Of a DNA stretch of 64,000 bases, positions 13,656-26,692 are shown piece by piece; positions within the stretch are counted from its first letter, which is position 1, and each line of letters opens with the position of its first letter. This DNA comes from Mobula hypostoma (Eukaryota), in assembly GCF_963921235.1 (NCBI RefSeq), contig NC_086107.1, forward strand, positions 98,210,001 through 98,274,000, written 5' to 3'. Both the position numbers and the translations under genes were made by a program. Below the pieces are notes generated by a model. That model did no database searches and was not told the DNA's origin. It saw nothing but the letters and a program-made list of their open reading frames with translations.

Positions 13656-15765
13656 ATAGAAACATAGAAAACCACAAGCACAATACGGGGCCTTCGGTCC
13701 ACGATGCTATGCTGAACATGTACTTACTTTAGAAATTACTTAGGGTTACTCATAGCCCACTATTTTACTAAGCTCCACGTACCTATCCAGGACCCTATCA
13801 TATCCGCCTCCGCCATCATCGCGGGTAGCCCATTTCACGCACTCACCACTCTCTGTGTAAAAATCTTACCCCGACATCTCCTCTGTACCTTCTTCCAAGC
13901 ACCTTAAAACTGTGTCCTCTCGTGCTAGCCATTTTAGCCCTGGGAAAAAGCCTCTGACTATCCACACGATCAATGCCTCTCATCATCTTATACACCTCTA
14001 TCAGGTCACCTTTCATCCTCCGTCACTCCAAGGAGAAAAGGCCGAGTTCACTCAACCTAATTCTCATAAGGCATGCTCCCCAATCTAGGCAACATCCTTG
14101 TAAGTCTCCTCTGCACTCTTTCTATGGTTTCTACATCCATCCTGTAGGGAGGTGACCAGAATTGAGCACAGTACTCCGAGTGGGATCTGACCAGGGTCCT
14201 ATATAGCTGTAACATTACCTCTCGGCTCTTAAACTCAATCCCATGGTTGATGAAGGCCAATACACCGTATGCCCTCTTAACCACACAGTCAACCTGCGCA
14301 GCAGCTTTGAGTGTCCTATGGACTCGGACCCCAAGATCCCTCTGATCCTTCACACTACCAAGAGTCTTACCATTAATACTATATTCTGCCATCATATTTG
14401 ACCTACCAAAATGAACCACTTCACACTTATCTGGGTTGAACTCCATCTGCCACTTCTCAGCCCAGTTTTGCATCCTATCAATGTCCCGCTGTAACCTCTG
14501 ACAGCCCTCCACACTATCAATCTTTGTGTCATCAGCAAATTTACTAACCCATCCCTCCACTTCCTCATCCAGGCCATTTATAAAAATCACAAAGAGTAAG
14601 GATCCCAGAACAGATCTCTGAGGCACTCCACTGGTCACCAACCTCCATGTAGAATATGACCTGTCTACAACCACTCTTTGCCTTCTGTGGGCAAGCCAAT
14701 TCTGGATCCACAAAGCAAGGTCCCCTTGGATCCCATGCCTCCTTACTTTCTCAATAAGCCTTGCATGGGGTATCTTATCAAATGCCTTGCTGAAATCCAT
14801 ATACACTACATCTACTGCTCTACCATCATCAATGTGTTTAGTCACATCCTCAAAAAATTCAACCAGGCTTGTAAGGCATGACCTGCCTTTGACATAGTCA
14901 TAGTCATAGTCATACTTTATTGATCCTGGGGGAAATTGGTTTTCGTTACAGTTGCACCATAAATAATTAAATAGTAATAAAACCATAAATAGTTAAATAG
15001 TAATATGTAAATTATGCCAGGAAATAAGTCCAGGACCAGCCTATTGGCTCAGGGTGTCTGACCCTCCAAGGGAGGAGTTGTAAAGTTTGATGGCCACAGG
15101 CAGGAATGACTTCCTATGACGCTCTGTGTTGCATCTCAGTGGGATGAGTCTCTGGCTGAATGTACTCCTGTGTCCACCCAGTACATTGTGTAGTGGATGG
15201 GAGACATTGTCCAAGATGGCATGCAACTTGGACAGCATCCTCTTTTCAGACACCATCATCAGAGATGGTCATCAGGAAAAGTTATGCTGACTATTCCTGT
15301 TCATATTATGCCTCTCCAAGTGTTCATAAATCCTGCCTCTCAGGATCTTCTCCATCAACTTACCAACCACTGAAGTAAGACTCAATGGTCTATAATTTCC
15401 TGGGCTATCTCTACTCCCTTTCTTGAATAAGGGAACAACATCTGCAACCCTCCAATCCTCCGGAACCTCTCCCGTCCCCATTGATGATGCAAAGATCATC
15501 GCCAGAGGCTCAGCAATCTCCTCCTTCGCCTCCCATGGCAGCCTGGGGGACATCTCATCTGGTCCCTGTGACTTATTCAACTTGATGCTTTCCAAAAGCT
15601 CCAGCACATCCTCTTTCTTAATGTCTATCTGCTCAAGCTTTAGAGTCTGTTGTAAGTCATCCCTACAATTGCCAAGATCCTTTTTCATAGTGAATACTGA
15701 AGCAAAGTATTCATTAAGTACCTCAGCTCTCTCCTCTGGTTCCATACACACTTTTCCACTGTCAC
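13656..15765 (-). mobile_element. CR1 LINE ORF2 (RT) fragment with a nested Rex-like insertion at 14893-15260
   Basis: ORFs 15272-15829 (VVPLFKKG..PGNYRPLSLTSVVGK) and 14057-14986 (YMDFSKAFDK, GVPQ.SVLG, KFADDTK), plus an (ATAGAAAC) tail at ~13656. Confidence 0.93.
14893..15260 (-). mobile_element. Young Rex1/Babar-like LINE 3' end with a (CATAGT)n tail on the + strand
   Basis: Nearly identical to 3695-4045 (SEKRMLSKLHAILDNVSHPLH...LGGSDTLSQ*). Confidence 0.9.
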
Positions 15766-17059
15766 AATGGGGTGGATGATTGGAGAGTGAAAAGAAGTGA
15801 GTTGCGATCAGAGTCGTTAAACAAACCACTCACAGGGGCTATTTTTGGAGGCTGATGTATGCTCTCTGCTTCTTTTTTTAGGAGTTGGGGACATTCTAGT
15901 GACACAGATAAACAGGATGTTATATCAAATCTTCCAGAGTGGTATCTCTGGTCCCCAGGGCTGACTGTTGATCAAATTCATTTGTAAAGTGGAAAAATGA
16001 GGTGCCCTTCCTGAAAACAGGAATACAAAACTTGGTCTCTGGAATTTATAGCCTCATTGGGAGATACGCCCTGTTTCCCACCCAGCACCCACCCCCCCCA
16101 ACTCCATTTAAAGGGACAGTCCAGCCATACCACCCTTCCGCATTGCAAGCCACCCTTGGATGTCGGGGAGACTCTAGTTGTTTCACTTCCCTCAGATACT
16201 TTTTTGCTCAACTCAGTTACTCCATTTCAGCCCAAGTTTCCTCACAGAGCCAAGGGAACACACGCCACAGAGCCCACACATCCACTGGGCACCCCCATTG
16301 ACCTCTCCCCTTGCCCCTCGTCTCACTTCCTTCTTCCTGCCTCTTGCCCTCTGACTCCTGACCCCCATTCGGAGTTCCATCCTCTGTGCTGCACAGACAA
16401 GCTGCTTCTCAGGGTGCCTCTCCCAAGGGATAATCCCCCCCCATGAGATACTGTATAGCGGCTGGGAGGAGGGACAGACGAGAACTAGATGAGACCCAGT
16501 GAGAGAGGACCCAGGAACCAGAGGCAACCTCAGCCTTGAGGAACCTCATCAGGAATTAGGGTCCAAACAAACTGGGGGAGGGCCCACCAAGAATGGGACC
16601 ACAAGCCTGTGGAAGCTATTCAGGGATTCAAAACCAGGGGAGGGAGGGCCCAAACCAGGTGGGAGATGAGACTGAAGAGGATGCTAAAGGCGAAGGAGCA
16701 GGAAAATGTGGAAGGACCGAACCTGGAGCAGTCACTCCGATGGTGTTTCCATTTGTGGTTTTTTGCTTGAGTTTTGATCTCTTCAGATAGTCCAAACATC
16801 TCCCTGTAGCCATTGCAGGCAACGGTTAGCAAGTTGGAACAAGTGGAGGCTTCAAAGAGCCACTGAAAACCACGGGAATACTTGAGAGCTCCCAAAAGGC
16901 TCAAGATCAGCCTGAAGGCAGATATGCAAATGAAGCAAACCACAACAGCTTTTCAAGTGTCGAATTGGCATCGTTTACTTTTACTGCAAGGAAAGCTCGG
17001 CATCAAAGCAGACCCAAACTGAGAGAGTCAGCACGGCGCTGGAGAGAATAAATGTGACA

Positions 17060-18375
17060 GAGATGCGTTTAAGAGCAGAGTTGATAGTGGAGGAAGGGAA
17101 GCCCCTTTCTTTAAAAAAGGAAGACATCTCCCTCGTCCTAGAGTGAAAAGCCTCATCCTGAGAGCAGATGCGGCCGAGACGGAGGAATTGGGAGAAGGGG
17201 ATGGCGTTTTTGCAAGAGACAGGGTGAGAAGAGGAATAGTCCAGATAGCTGCTCTGCTCTTAAACGCATCTCCCCCATTTCATGTACATCTGCTCTCACT
17301 CCATCCTCCCGCCACCCCACTAGGAATAGGGTTCCCCTGGTCCTCACCTACCACCCCACCAGCCTCCGGGTCCAACGTATTATTCTCCGTAACTTCCGCC
17401 ACCTCCAACGGGATCCTACCACTAAGCACATCTTTCCGTCCCCCCTCTCTCTGCATTCCGCAGGGATCGCTCCCTACGCAACTCCCTTGTCCATTTGTCC
17501 CTCCCATCCCTCCCCACTGATTTCCCTCCTGGCACTTATCCGTGTAAGTGGAACAAGTGCTACACATGCCCTTACACTTCCTCCCTTACCACCATTCAGG
17601 GCCCCAAACAGTCCTTCCAGGTGAGGCAACACTTCACCTGTGAGTCGACTGGGGTGATATACTGCGTCCGGTGCTCCCGATGTGGCCTTTTATATATTGG
17701 CGAGACCCGACGCAGACTAGGAGACCGCTTTGCTGAACATCTACACTCTGTCCGCCAGAGAAAGCAGGATCTCCCAGTGGCCACACATTTTAATTCCACA
17801 TCCCATTCCCATTCTGACATGTCTATCCACGGCCTCCTCTACTGTAAAGATGAAGCCACACTCAGGCTGGAGGAACAACACCTTATATTCTGTCTGGGTA
17901 GCCTCCAACCTGATGGCATGAACATCGACTTCTCTAACTTCCGCTAAGGCCCCACCTCCCCCTCGTACCCCATCTGTTATTTATTTTTATGCACACATTC
18001 TCTCTCTCACTCTCCTTTTTCTCCCTCTGTCCCTCTGAATATACCTCTTGCCCATCCTCTGGGTCCCCCCCCCTTGTCTTTCTTCCCAGACCTCCTGTCC
18101 CATGATCCTCTCGTATCCCCTTTTGCCAATCACCTGTCCAGCTCTTGGCTCTATCCCTCCTCCTCCTGTCTTCTCCTATCATTTTGGATCTCCCCCTCCC
18201 CCTCCAACTTTCAAATCCCTTACTCACTCTTCCTTCAGTTAGTCCCGACGAAGGGTCTCGGCCTGAAACGTCGACTGCACCTCTTCCCACAGATGCTGCC
18301 TGGCCTGCTGCGTTCACCAGCAACTTTGATGTGTGTTGCTTGAATTTCCAGCATCTGCAGAATTCCTGTTGTTTG
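17060..18375 (+). mobile_element. Penelope-like retroelement 3' part (GIY-YIG endonuclease) with an inverted 5' segment at 17060-17251
   Basis: ORF 17495-17947 reads FTCESTGVIYCVRCSRCGLLYIGETRRRLGDRFAEH...QPDGMN. Hammerhead-like motif at 18241-18276. Confidence 0.92.
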
Positions 18376-19234
18376 CGTTATAATTTGTAATCATGTTGAC
18401 TTGGTTTGATTGAATTAAGTTTTTCCACATGATTAACTATTTCTCCTTTGATTATTGGCTCCAGCATCTTGTATCAGCAGATGTTAAACTTACTAGCCTG
18501 TAGCTTTTACCTTCCTCTTCTTGAACAAAGGAGTCATATTTGCCATTTTCCAATCCATTAGTACCAAAATTCACAGTAAATTTTATTATCAGGGTACATA
18601 TTTGTCACCAACATTCACTGTCCTGCAGGCATACTCTGCAAATCTATAGAATAGCAACTACAACAGGATCAATGTAGAGCATAGAAGACAATAAAGTAAG
18701 CAAATGTAAATATGAATAAATAGCAATAAATAATGAGAGCATTAAATATCAAGATAAAGAGTGCTTGAAGTGTGATCATTAGCTGGGAGAAAATCTCAAT
18801 GGATGAGTTGTATCCCAGAACTCACCACCCAGGGCATGGTCTCTTCTCACTGCTACAATCAGGTAGAAGGTACAGGAGCTTCAGGACTCGCACCACCAGG
18901 TTCAAGAACAGTCTCTACCCCTCAATCACCAGGCTCTTGGACAAAAGGGGATAGCTAAACTCATTTACACTAGATCTACACTAAATCTACACTAGATTTG
19001 CTGAGTGTGTCTGCAGAAAAAGGTCCTCAGGGCTGTAAGACCTTAACACATAGGAGCAGAATGAGGCCATTCAGCCCATCAAGTCTACTCCGCCATTCCA
19101 TCATGGCTGATCCCACTCAACCCTGTACACCAGCCTTCTCGCCATATACAAACTCTGACTGATCAGGAAATTATTAAGTATACCCACGGACTTGGCCTCC
19201 ACCACAGTCTGTGGCAGAGCATTCCATGGGCTCA

Positions 19235-19400
19235 TTCAACACACACAATATGCTGGAAGAACTCAGCAGGGCAGGCAGCGTCTATGGAGAAAAGCACAGT
19301 CGCTGTTTCGAGCTGAGACCCGGCCAAAGGCCTGCTGAGTCCTTCCAGCATTTTGTGTGTGTTGCTTGGATTTCCAGCATCTGAAGATTTTCTCTTGTTT
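19235..19400. mobile_element. Palindromic Penelope-derived mini-element inserted in a CR1 fragment
   Basis: caacacac..atgctggaagaactcagcagg / cctgctgagtccttccagcattttgtgtgtgttg inverted arms, with the long tail on the right. Confidence 0.7.
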
Positions 19401-20904
19401 GCCACAGATTCACCACTCTCTGGCTAAAAAAAAATCCTCCTTATCTCTGTTCTAAAAGGTTGCCCCCTCAATTTTGGGGCTGTGCCCTCCAGTTCTGGAT
19501 ACCCCCACCGTAGGAAACACATCCACCTTGTCTAGTCCTTTCAACATGTAATCTAGAGCATTATAGAGTCAAAGAGCATGGAAACAGGCCATTCGGTCCA
19601 CAATGTCCATGCTGACTAGAGACCACCATCTGTTCCAAACCCAAGTTCAGGCCCTTGACCATCTCCTTCCATGCTTTGGTGATTCAAGTGATATAAATAC
19701 CCCTTTAAGCACTGTCACTGACCCTCCTTATGTGGCGGCATGCATGTACCTTGATAATAAATTTTACTTTGAACTTTGGAGTTCAGTGAGTTTTGAAAAA
19801 CTTCAGCCAATGAACATAGAAGGAATGTCATAGAGTGAGGGAGGGGTTCTGACGGACAGAGGGAGAGATCAGTCACAGGTTTTCAGAAAGATAGGAGCAA
19901 GGACAAAGATAGACGGGAGAGTAATAATCAGATAGAGGGTTGTAGGGAAAGTCAGAGAGGAGCATGGAAACAAGAAAATAGGGATAAAAGGAGGCAGACG
20001 AAGACACAGAGACCAGGAAACAGAATGAGATGTCAGAGAAAAAGAGATGGATTGCAACAGTAGAAGAAAAGAAAAACAAACTGAAACAGAGATTTCAGAA
20101 CCAAGACAGAAATGCATAGGGGGAGTGACGAGACAGAGAATACCAGACAGAGAAAAATCAATCAAGGTGGATACTGAGAGAATCTTGTTTTCTTTCTGTC
20201 GTTTTCTGTTAAATATGTGATCAGGTTTCACTTACTACTGCAAATAGACGTTGCACAGGCCTCGCTGTTTCCCTTCTCAAGATGCCTTTTGGCCCTCATC
20301 GTCCCAGTTCTCTCTAGCTTTGAGACCGAGGTAGACAGAAAGTAGGGAGAGATATCGAGAGAGAGAGAATATTCTGCACCATTGACATCCTGGGGCCTCG
20401 AATGCTAAGTACTCAACGGGACAGTCAATAGACACAGCAGCAGGTCCGAGGCTGCACCAAGGAGAGTGTCTCCTGACACAGCAAAGCCTTTCCATCTACC
20501 GATCAGGAGTGAGATGGGACAGCGCTTGCCTGGATGAGTGCGATTCCACCGTCACCTCTGCACAACCCAGGACTGGTCTGATTGACTGCCCGTCCTCCAT
20601 CCCCAGTCCTTGCACAGGGTGACGGAGTTTGTTTGAGAGCTTTCAGTTGTCTACCCAGGCTACTCCAACAAGGGTCTTCCAAACCTGCGATGTCTACCAT
20701 CGAGAACAAGGCTAGCGCGCACATGGGAAAGCCACCGTGACACGTTCCCTTCCAAGTCGTGCTCCGTGTTGATTTGGACACACTGGTGCCAGTCCTTCAG
20801 TGGAGTTGGGTCTATGTCCTGGGTGTCCTTCCACGTCATCACTTAGATCCATCACGAGAAGGAGTGCAGTGATTTGAGAGAGCACCCACACCTCAAGGGG
20901 AACA

Positions 20905-21320
20905 TTACGGTATATTCTGGACTTAAGGTATAACGCAAAATATTAATTTCAGCGACTAACTACAGCAACCAATCTTTAAACCTGAACATGGACTGTAGGT
21001 TAAATTTAAAATGCAGCCCCGGACATTAGGTTCCTAGAGCTGCGAATGGCACTTAACTGAAAAACCAGGTCAACATTCATTTTGGGTGTCCGGAGTGTGG
21101 GTGCGAAGAAGGAGGTGTGAATGTTATATGTAAATCAAAGGAAGCATTGTAGATACGTCGTAACTACGTTTTAACCTTTGATCTCTAGCGTATAAGATGT
21201 CATGTAGTATTGGGTCGGACAGTCCTCTTCCTCCAAAAGGGTCTCAATAGGCCTGCGGCTCGTTTTTAATCAATAAACCACTAGCTTCAGTCCCTCTCCG
21301 ATGACTTTGTTCACAATACA
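20905..21320 (+). mobile_element. Possible short solo LTR (~415 bp)
   Basis: Interrupts an old repeat tail. TATAAG at ~21191, AATAAA at ~21272, ends in ..ACA. The termini and TSD are imperfect. Confidence 0.4.
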
Positions 21321-22819
21321 ACAGGGAGCAAGAAAGATCCCGTCAGGCACGGACTTGTCATGGGTATCTCAACTAAGGCCTTAAGAGTGAAAGCTATGCT
21401 CCGTGTATGCATTAAAAAATATTCACAGGAAAAGCAATAAAGTAGTTAATTAGAGGGGTGTATGGGGTGTGCAGGGAGGGGTAGCACATCTGCTGAGGGG
21501 GCTTATCGTGTCCATTCCAGAGCAGCTCGTTCACCTTCGGTCCCCACCGGACACTCAACTCTCACCTGTGGCTCCAAGTACCTGTATGCATGGGACAGTG
21601 GCCACACCCCGGTACACCACTTCAACAGGCAGGCTAGACCAGGCGAGAGTTGATTTATACCCTGGTGAGCTAGAGACATGCCTGCTCTAACGTACAAAGT
21701 CAGTTCTGGCAGACAGGGCGGATGAGATCCAATGGCTAGGAAGGCATATTGCAACGTTCCGTGGAGAGCAAAGGGCTTGTCAAGGCACAGAAGACGTCAT
21801 GGCCATCCACTGCAACCAAGGAAGACCCCAGTTTGTGACATTTGGAGCCAGACTTCTGAGGTCAAGAGAGTGGACCTGCCCCAGTGCAGCGGCTTTTCCA
21901 CTTTAAAAACTCTCCCGCACAGACCTGCCGCCATCGTCAGACGCGGCGGAGATGCACCACGGTTATATTAGAGCATTGTCGAGCTGTAGGATGCAGGACA
22001 GTACCTTCTCTCCCAAAAGGCCTCCAGAATGGACTTCCATCCAGAGAAGTGTAAAGCGACAGCTTTGGACGGCCGAACCCGAGGGGAGAGTACATGGTTA
22101 ACAGCGAGATTCTTAGCAGTGTGGTGGAACAGAGGGACACTGGGGTCCACGTTCACAGATCCCTCAAAGTTGCTGTGCAAGTTGATAGGGTGGTCCAGAA
22201 GTCAGCGATTGAGTTCAAGAGCCTCGAGGTACTATTGCAACTCTATCAAACTTTGATTAGATCACATGATTAGACTATACTTTGGACGGTCAAACCTGAA
22301 GGCAGAGTATACGGTTAATGGCAAGGTTCCTAGCAGTTGTGGTGGAACAGAGGGATTTTGGGGTCAGTTTTGGCTGCCTCATTATAGGAAGCTTTAGAGA
22401 GGGTGCAAAGGAGATTTATCAGGACGTTGTTGGATTAAGGAGCATGTCTAATGAAGATAGCTCGAGCGATCCAAGACTTTTCTACTTGGAGCGAAGGAGG
22501 ATGAGATAGAAGTGTATATGATGGTAACAGGCACAGATAGAGTGGATTGCCAATTTTTTTTAACCCCATAATACAGGAAGACATACTTCTAAGGAGATTG
22601 GAGGAAAGTATAGGGGGATTTCAGAGGTAGGTAAGGGCATGGAGCGCATTACGGAGAGGCAGATACATGAGGAACATTTCAGCACCTCTTAGGCACATGA
22701 ATGAAAGGAAACGGGAGGGCTGTGTGGGAGGGAAGGGTTGGATTGATCTTAGAGTAGGTTAAAGGGTCAGCACGACATTGTGGGCTGAATGGCCTGTAAT
22801 GCACTCGACTGTTCCATGA

Positions 22820-23570
22820 GACAGAAAGAAAGGGATAGAGTCCAGGATGAATTATGGAGAAGGGGATAGAGAAGCAGAAAGAGGGATAAAGGGAATGTTA
22901 CAGAGAGAAGAAAAGAGAGAGGATAGAGGGAAACTGACGAAGAGGAAGTGGGCACAGAAACAAGAGACAATGATAGTGAAATAGTGAGACAGAGACAGAA
23001 ACTATTGTCTGTTAAGGAGCAAGACAGTGGCATGGAGAAGCAAAAAACTGTTAAAGTGAGCGGAAGTGGGAAATAAAGTTGCAGAAGAGGAAAGGGAAAT
23101 AAGGAGTTGTACAAGGGACAGAAATAGCAAGGGAAACATAGTGAGAGTCAGAGACAGGAACAGGGAAACTTGCAAAACTGATGAACAGTAATACTGAATA
23201 TAAATAATGACGGACAAAGACAGAAACTGTGAGATCACAGGGAGGAGAGCGAAAGGGGAAAGAAATGATAGAGGGCAGCAGAGAGAGAGGGAGAGAGACA
23301 GATGAAACAGAGAAACAGAGAGATAGAGAGAGAGAGATCAGTGACAGAGAGAGATACAGAGACAGAGAGAGAGACAGAGGGAGATGAAACAGAGAGAGAG
23401 ACGAAGAGAGAGACAATGAGAGATACAGAGACAGGCAGACAGAGATTTAGAAACAGAGAGACAGACAGACAGACAGACAGAGAGAGGCAGTGACAGAGAG
23501 AGAGAGAGATGAGACAGAGAGTGTGATACAGATACAGATAGAGATAGAGATGCACAGAGAGAGAAACAAT
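22820..23570 (+). repeat. Purine-rich low-complexity tract, (GA)/(GACA)-like
   Basis: Strong A/G skew read directly. Similar tracts lie at ~19840-20180 and in the 5' UTR at 25530-25800. Confidence 0.9.
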
Positions 23571-25430
23571 AAAATGATACTGGAAATGTGAAGAAGCAGC
23601 ATGAGTTGTTAATAGATTGAGTGAATGGACAAAGAAGGAGGAACTGAAAGCAGGAAACGGAGAAGTAACTGAGGAAAATGCAGTGGGATTCATTTTCACC
23701 TAGGGCATAAAACAACCCTAACATGGACGGTCCCAACTCTAGCTGCAAAAGGAGGAGGGGTGGGCATATGGAGCACCTCAACCTGTACAGAAATGCCAGC
23801 AGAATCTCTGGAAACCTCATCTGTAGGAGAGGAAGGATCTCCGAAGTTGGGCTACACCTGGGGCAGCTTGAAAGATTGGCTTTGGGCAGATTACTCTGGC
23901 GAGCTGCTGTCCAGTAGGGGTGATGGGCTTGAGTAAATAAGTAAGGCATCACACGTGGGCGGCAGGAGATAAAGAATTAAAATAGTGCAGGAATAGAAAA
24001 AGAGGAAGGGCAGAGAGGTGTGGATATTTAGTCACTGGAACAGATCAGAATCACTGATTTTACAGTATGTTGTGAAATTTGTTATTTTGTGGCAGCAGTA
24101 CAGAGCAAACTGTAAAAACTATAAATTACAATAATAAATACATATTTTAAACAATTAATTAAATAAATACAGCAAAAATAGTGAGGTAGTGTTCATGAGA
24201 TGGCACGTTCGGAAATCTGATGGCAGAGGGGAAGAAGCTGTTCCTAAAACATTGAGTGTGTGTCTTCAGGCTCCTGTACCTCCTCCATGATGGCAGTAGT
24301 TAGAAGAGAGCATGTCCTGGGTGACGGGGGCCTTAATGACAGATGCCAGCTTTTTCAGGCATCACCTTTTGAAAACGTCCTCAATGTTGGGGTGTAAACC
24401 CTTTCGCCTTGTGGGTCCATTCTACCATCCCATATGCCTAACCCCCTCCCAACACCTGCTGTTGACAGGAAATCTGCTGATCCTGAGTTTAAAATTCATT
24501 AAGTGTCAAAGAAATACAAGGCAGATGGAATTTAACCCTGATGTGTGAGGTAATACATTTTGGGATAGGACATTCACAATGAATTGTATGTTCCAGTGTG
24601 TATAGGGAGACAGAGGGGCCATCGTGTACACCTACAGGTTCCTAGAGCTGGGGGCACAGGTAGGTAAGGTGGCGAAAGAGGCAAGAAAAGGGAGGATGCT
24701 TGCCTTCATTGGATATGAAATACAAGAAGTCACAATACAACTCTGTAAGCCCACGGCTGGAGCCAATTTGGTCACTACACTATAGGAGGGACATGAATAC
24801 ATTGAGAGGGTGCAGAGGAGATCTACCAGGATGTTACTTGGGATGAAAAGTGTCAGTTACGAGGAGAGACTGGATAGGCTGGCTTTGTTTTCCTTTAGGC
24901 TGAGAGGGGCATAGAGAAGATGGACAGTGAGAAACTTTCTCCCATAACATTGAAAACCAGAAGGCATAGGATTAAGGCAAGGAGTAAGAGGGGATCTGAC
25001 AGGGGGAAAAATCGGTTAGGACGATGAGATCAGCTTCTGGCAAATGGGGTTAGTATGGATGGGCTGAAGGACCTGTTTTTGAATAAGATGGGAGAATTAG
25101 AATCAGAGAGTTACACCTCAGGACAAGTGAGAAGCTGGTTGAATCTGAGGGAGGGTGAGAGGGGCGACAGTCAGTGGAGAGGCACAGAAGGCCCAGGCGA
25201 ATTCACTGGACCGGCGCCACGGGGTACCAAGTGTGAGGACAGAGGTGACCAGTTCAAGAATGCTGAGAGTAAAGAGCTCAGAGAGGAAGAGAATGTGCGC
25301 ACGCCGCGGCGTCCCGGACTGTCAGACTCTATTCACCGCTCCTCCCAGACCTGTCGCGCCCGAGTCCCCTCCAGGCACGCTTTCTCTCGGCTTCACGGCC
25401 CCACCTTCCCCGTCAGATTAGCCGCGGCGT

Positions 25431-25492
25431 GGGGAATCCCCGTGGCACATGCGCATTCCTCTGGCACACCTTCAGCAAGCCCTAGATATAAG
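25431..25492 (+). promoter_or_regulatory. Proximal promoter of the PDGF-B-like gene: kappaB-consensus GGGGAATCCC (25431-25440) and TATA-like TATAAG (25487-25492) in a CpG-rich segment
   Basis: Motifs read directly. CpG-rich region ~25290-26200, ~490 nt upstream of the exon 1 ATG. TSS inferred at ~25515-25520, not observed. Confidence 0.6.
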
Positions 25493-25981
25493 CGAGCCGG
25501 AGGAAGCGGGAGCTGAGGCTAACGCTGCTGGTAGAGAGAGATAGAGGAGCACACAGGCGCAGTCACTGTCAGAGAGACACAGACACAGAGAGAGGGGAAA
25601 ACGGACAGAGAGGGACAGGCACAGAGGTACAGTCGCAGAAAGAGAAATACAGAGAAAAGAGAGTCACAGAGAGGTAAAAAAGGTGGGAGAGAGAGAAACA
25701 CACACACAGAGTGTAGCAGAGATACATTGAGGTACAGTGTGCAGCGCACACATAGAAACACAGACGCATACACACACGGAGGCATACAGAGTACAGCACA
25801 GACGCAGCGGGTCTGGTACACGCAGTTACACGCAGTGACACCCAGGCACGGAACGGACAGTCGGGACCAGTGTCCGGAGCAAGAGCGCGCTCCGTGGATA
25901 TAACGTGCAGAGGGAGCCGGCGGCAGCCCGGGGCGATGAGCCGGTCAGGCGCTGCGCTGTGAGCGGGACCGAGGGCTGACC

Positions 25982-26035
25982 ATGAATTTGGGCATCGCAC
26001 TGCTCACCTTGTGGCACCTGTGGCTGGAGACCGAG
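25982..26035 (+). CDS. PDGFB: PDGF-B-like exon 1 coding part (signal peptide MNLGIALLTLWHLWLETE)
   Basis: ATG in good Kozak context (gaccATG), hydrophobic stretch, ends GAG|GTGAG in phase 0, like human PDGFB exon 1 (...VSAE|). Confidence 0.85.
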
Positions 26036-26692
26036 GTGAGAGCAGGAGGTGGAGAGGAGTGGGGCGATGGGGAGGGGAGCTGGGGTCGAGGTCAGGATGC
26101 AAGTGCGTGCGGGTGGGGTGAGTCAGGCGCCGGGTGGTCCATGTTTGACCCGGGCTGGACCGCGAGGAGTTCGGTCATCGGGGATATGTCATTTACCCCT
26201 AGTAGAAGGCCATTCGGCCCGGTGAGACTATACTAGGTCTCTGAACAAACCCATTCCCAGTAATTCTCCCTGTATTCGATTCAATTCATATTGCTACCGC
26301 CTCACCCCAACACCCTACAGCGGCCAAGTAATCGGGGGGGGGGGGTGCTGGAGCGTGGAAGGAAACGATATCATAACTTTGTGGGTCACCCGCAGCCCCA
26401 GGATGATCTCCACCACCACCTTGACGGTAGCTGTCTAGGGACAATTAAATATTTGCTCGGTCTGTGAAGCCCACGTCCTTTGAATGAATTATAAGGGAGA
26501 GCTTGCAAACTCCACACGGACGGTACCAGAAGCTGGGGTCGACCTGGCGTTGCCGGCTATTCCAGTGGCCCGTGGGGGGTGGGGGGGTTGATGATTGGAC
26601 TCCTTTCACCGCTCGTGGTGGGGGGTGGTGAGAGCCGGGAGTGGGTACTTTGGGACCTTGCCTCACCACGCGTGTTTCCTCGCCTCCCGCAG

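Noticed and set aside
14057..14986. 309-aa ORF as a host gene
   Set aside because: Chimera of a Rex-like 3' tail (YDYDYD from the tandem repeat) and CR1 reverse transcriptase.
18965..19000. Short tandem repeats (11-mer x3 here; ~34-mer x2 at ~31655-31720) as a CRISPR-like array
   Set aside because: No spacers and a eukaryotic context. These are simple slippage duplications.
22767..23952. Overlapping Ser/Leu-rich and Arg/Glu-rich ORFs
   Set aside because: Translation artefacts of GA/CT low-complexity sequence.
25055..25516. 153-aa ORF upstream of the PDGF gene
   Set aside because: Starts in a CR1 remnant and runs through the GC-rich promoter. No recognisable domain or splice support.
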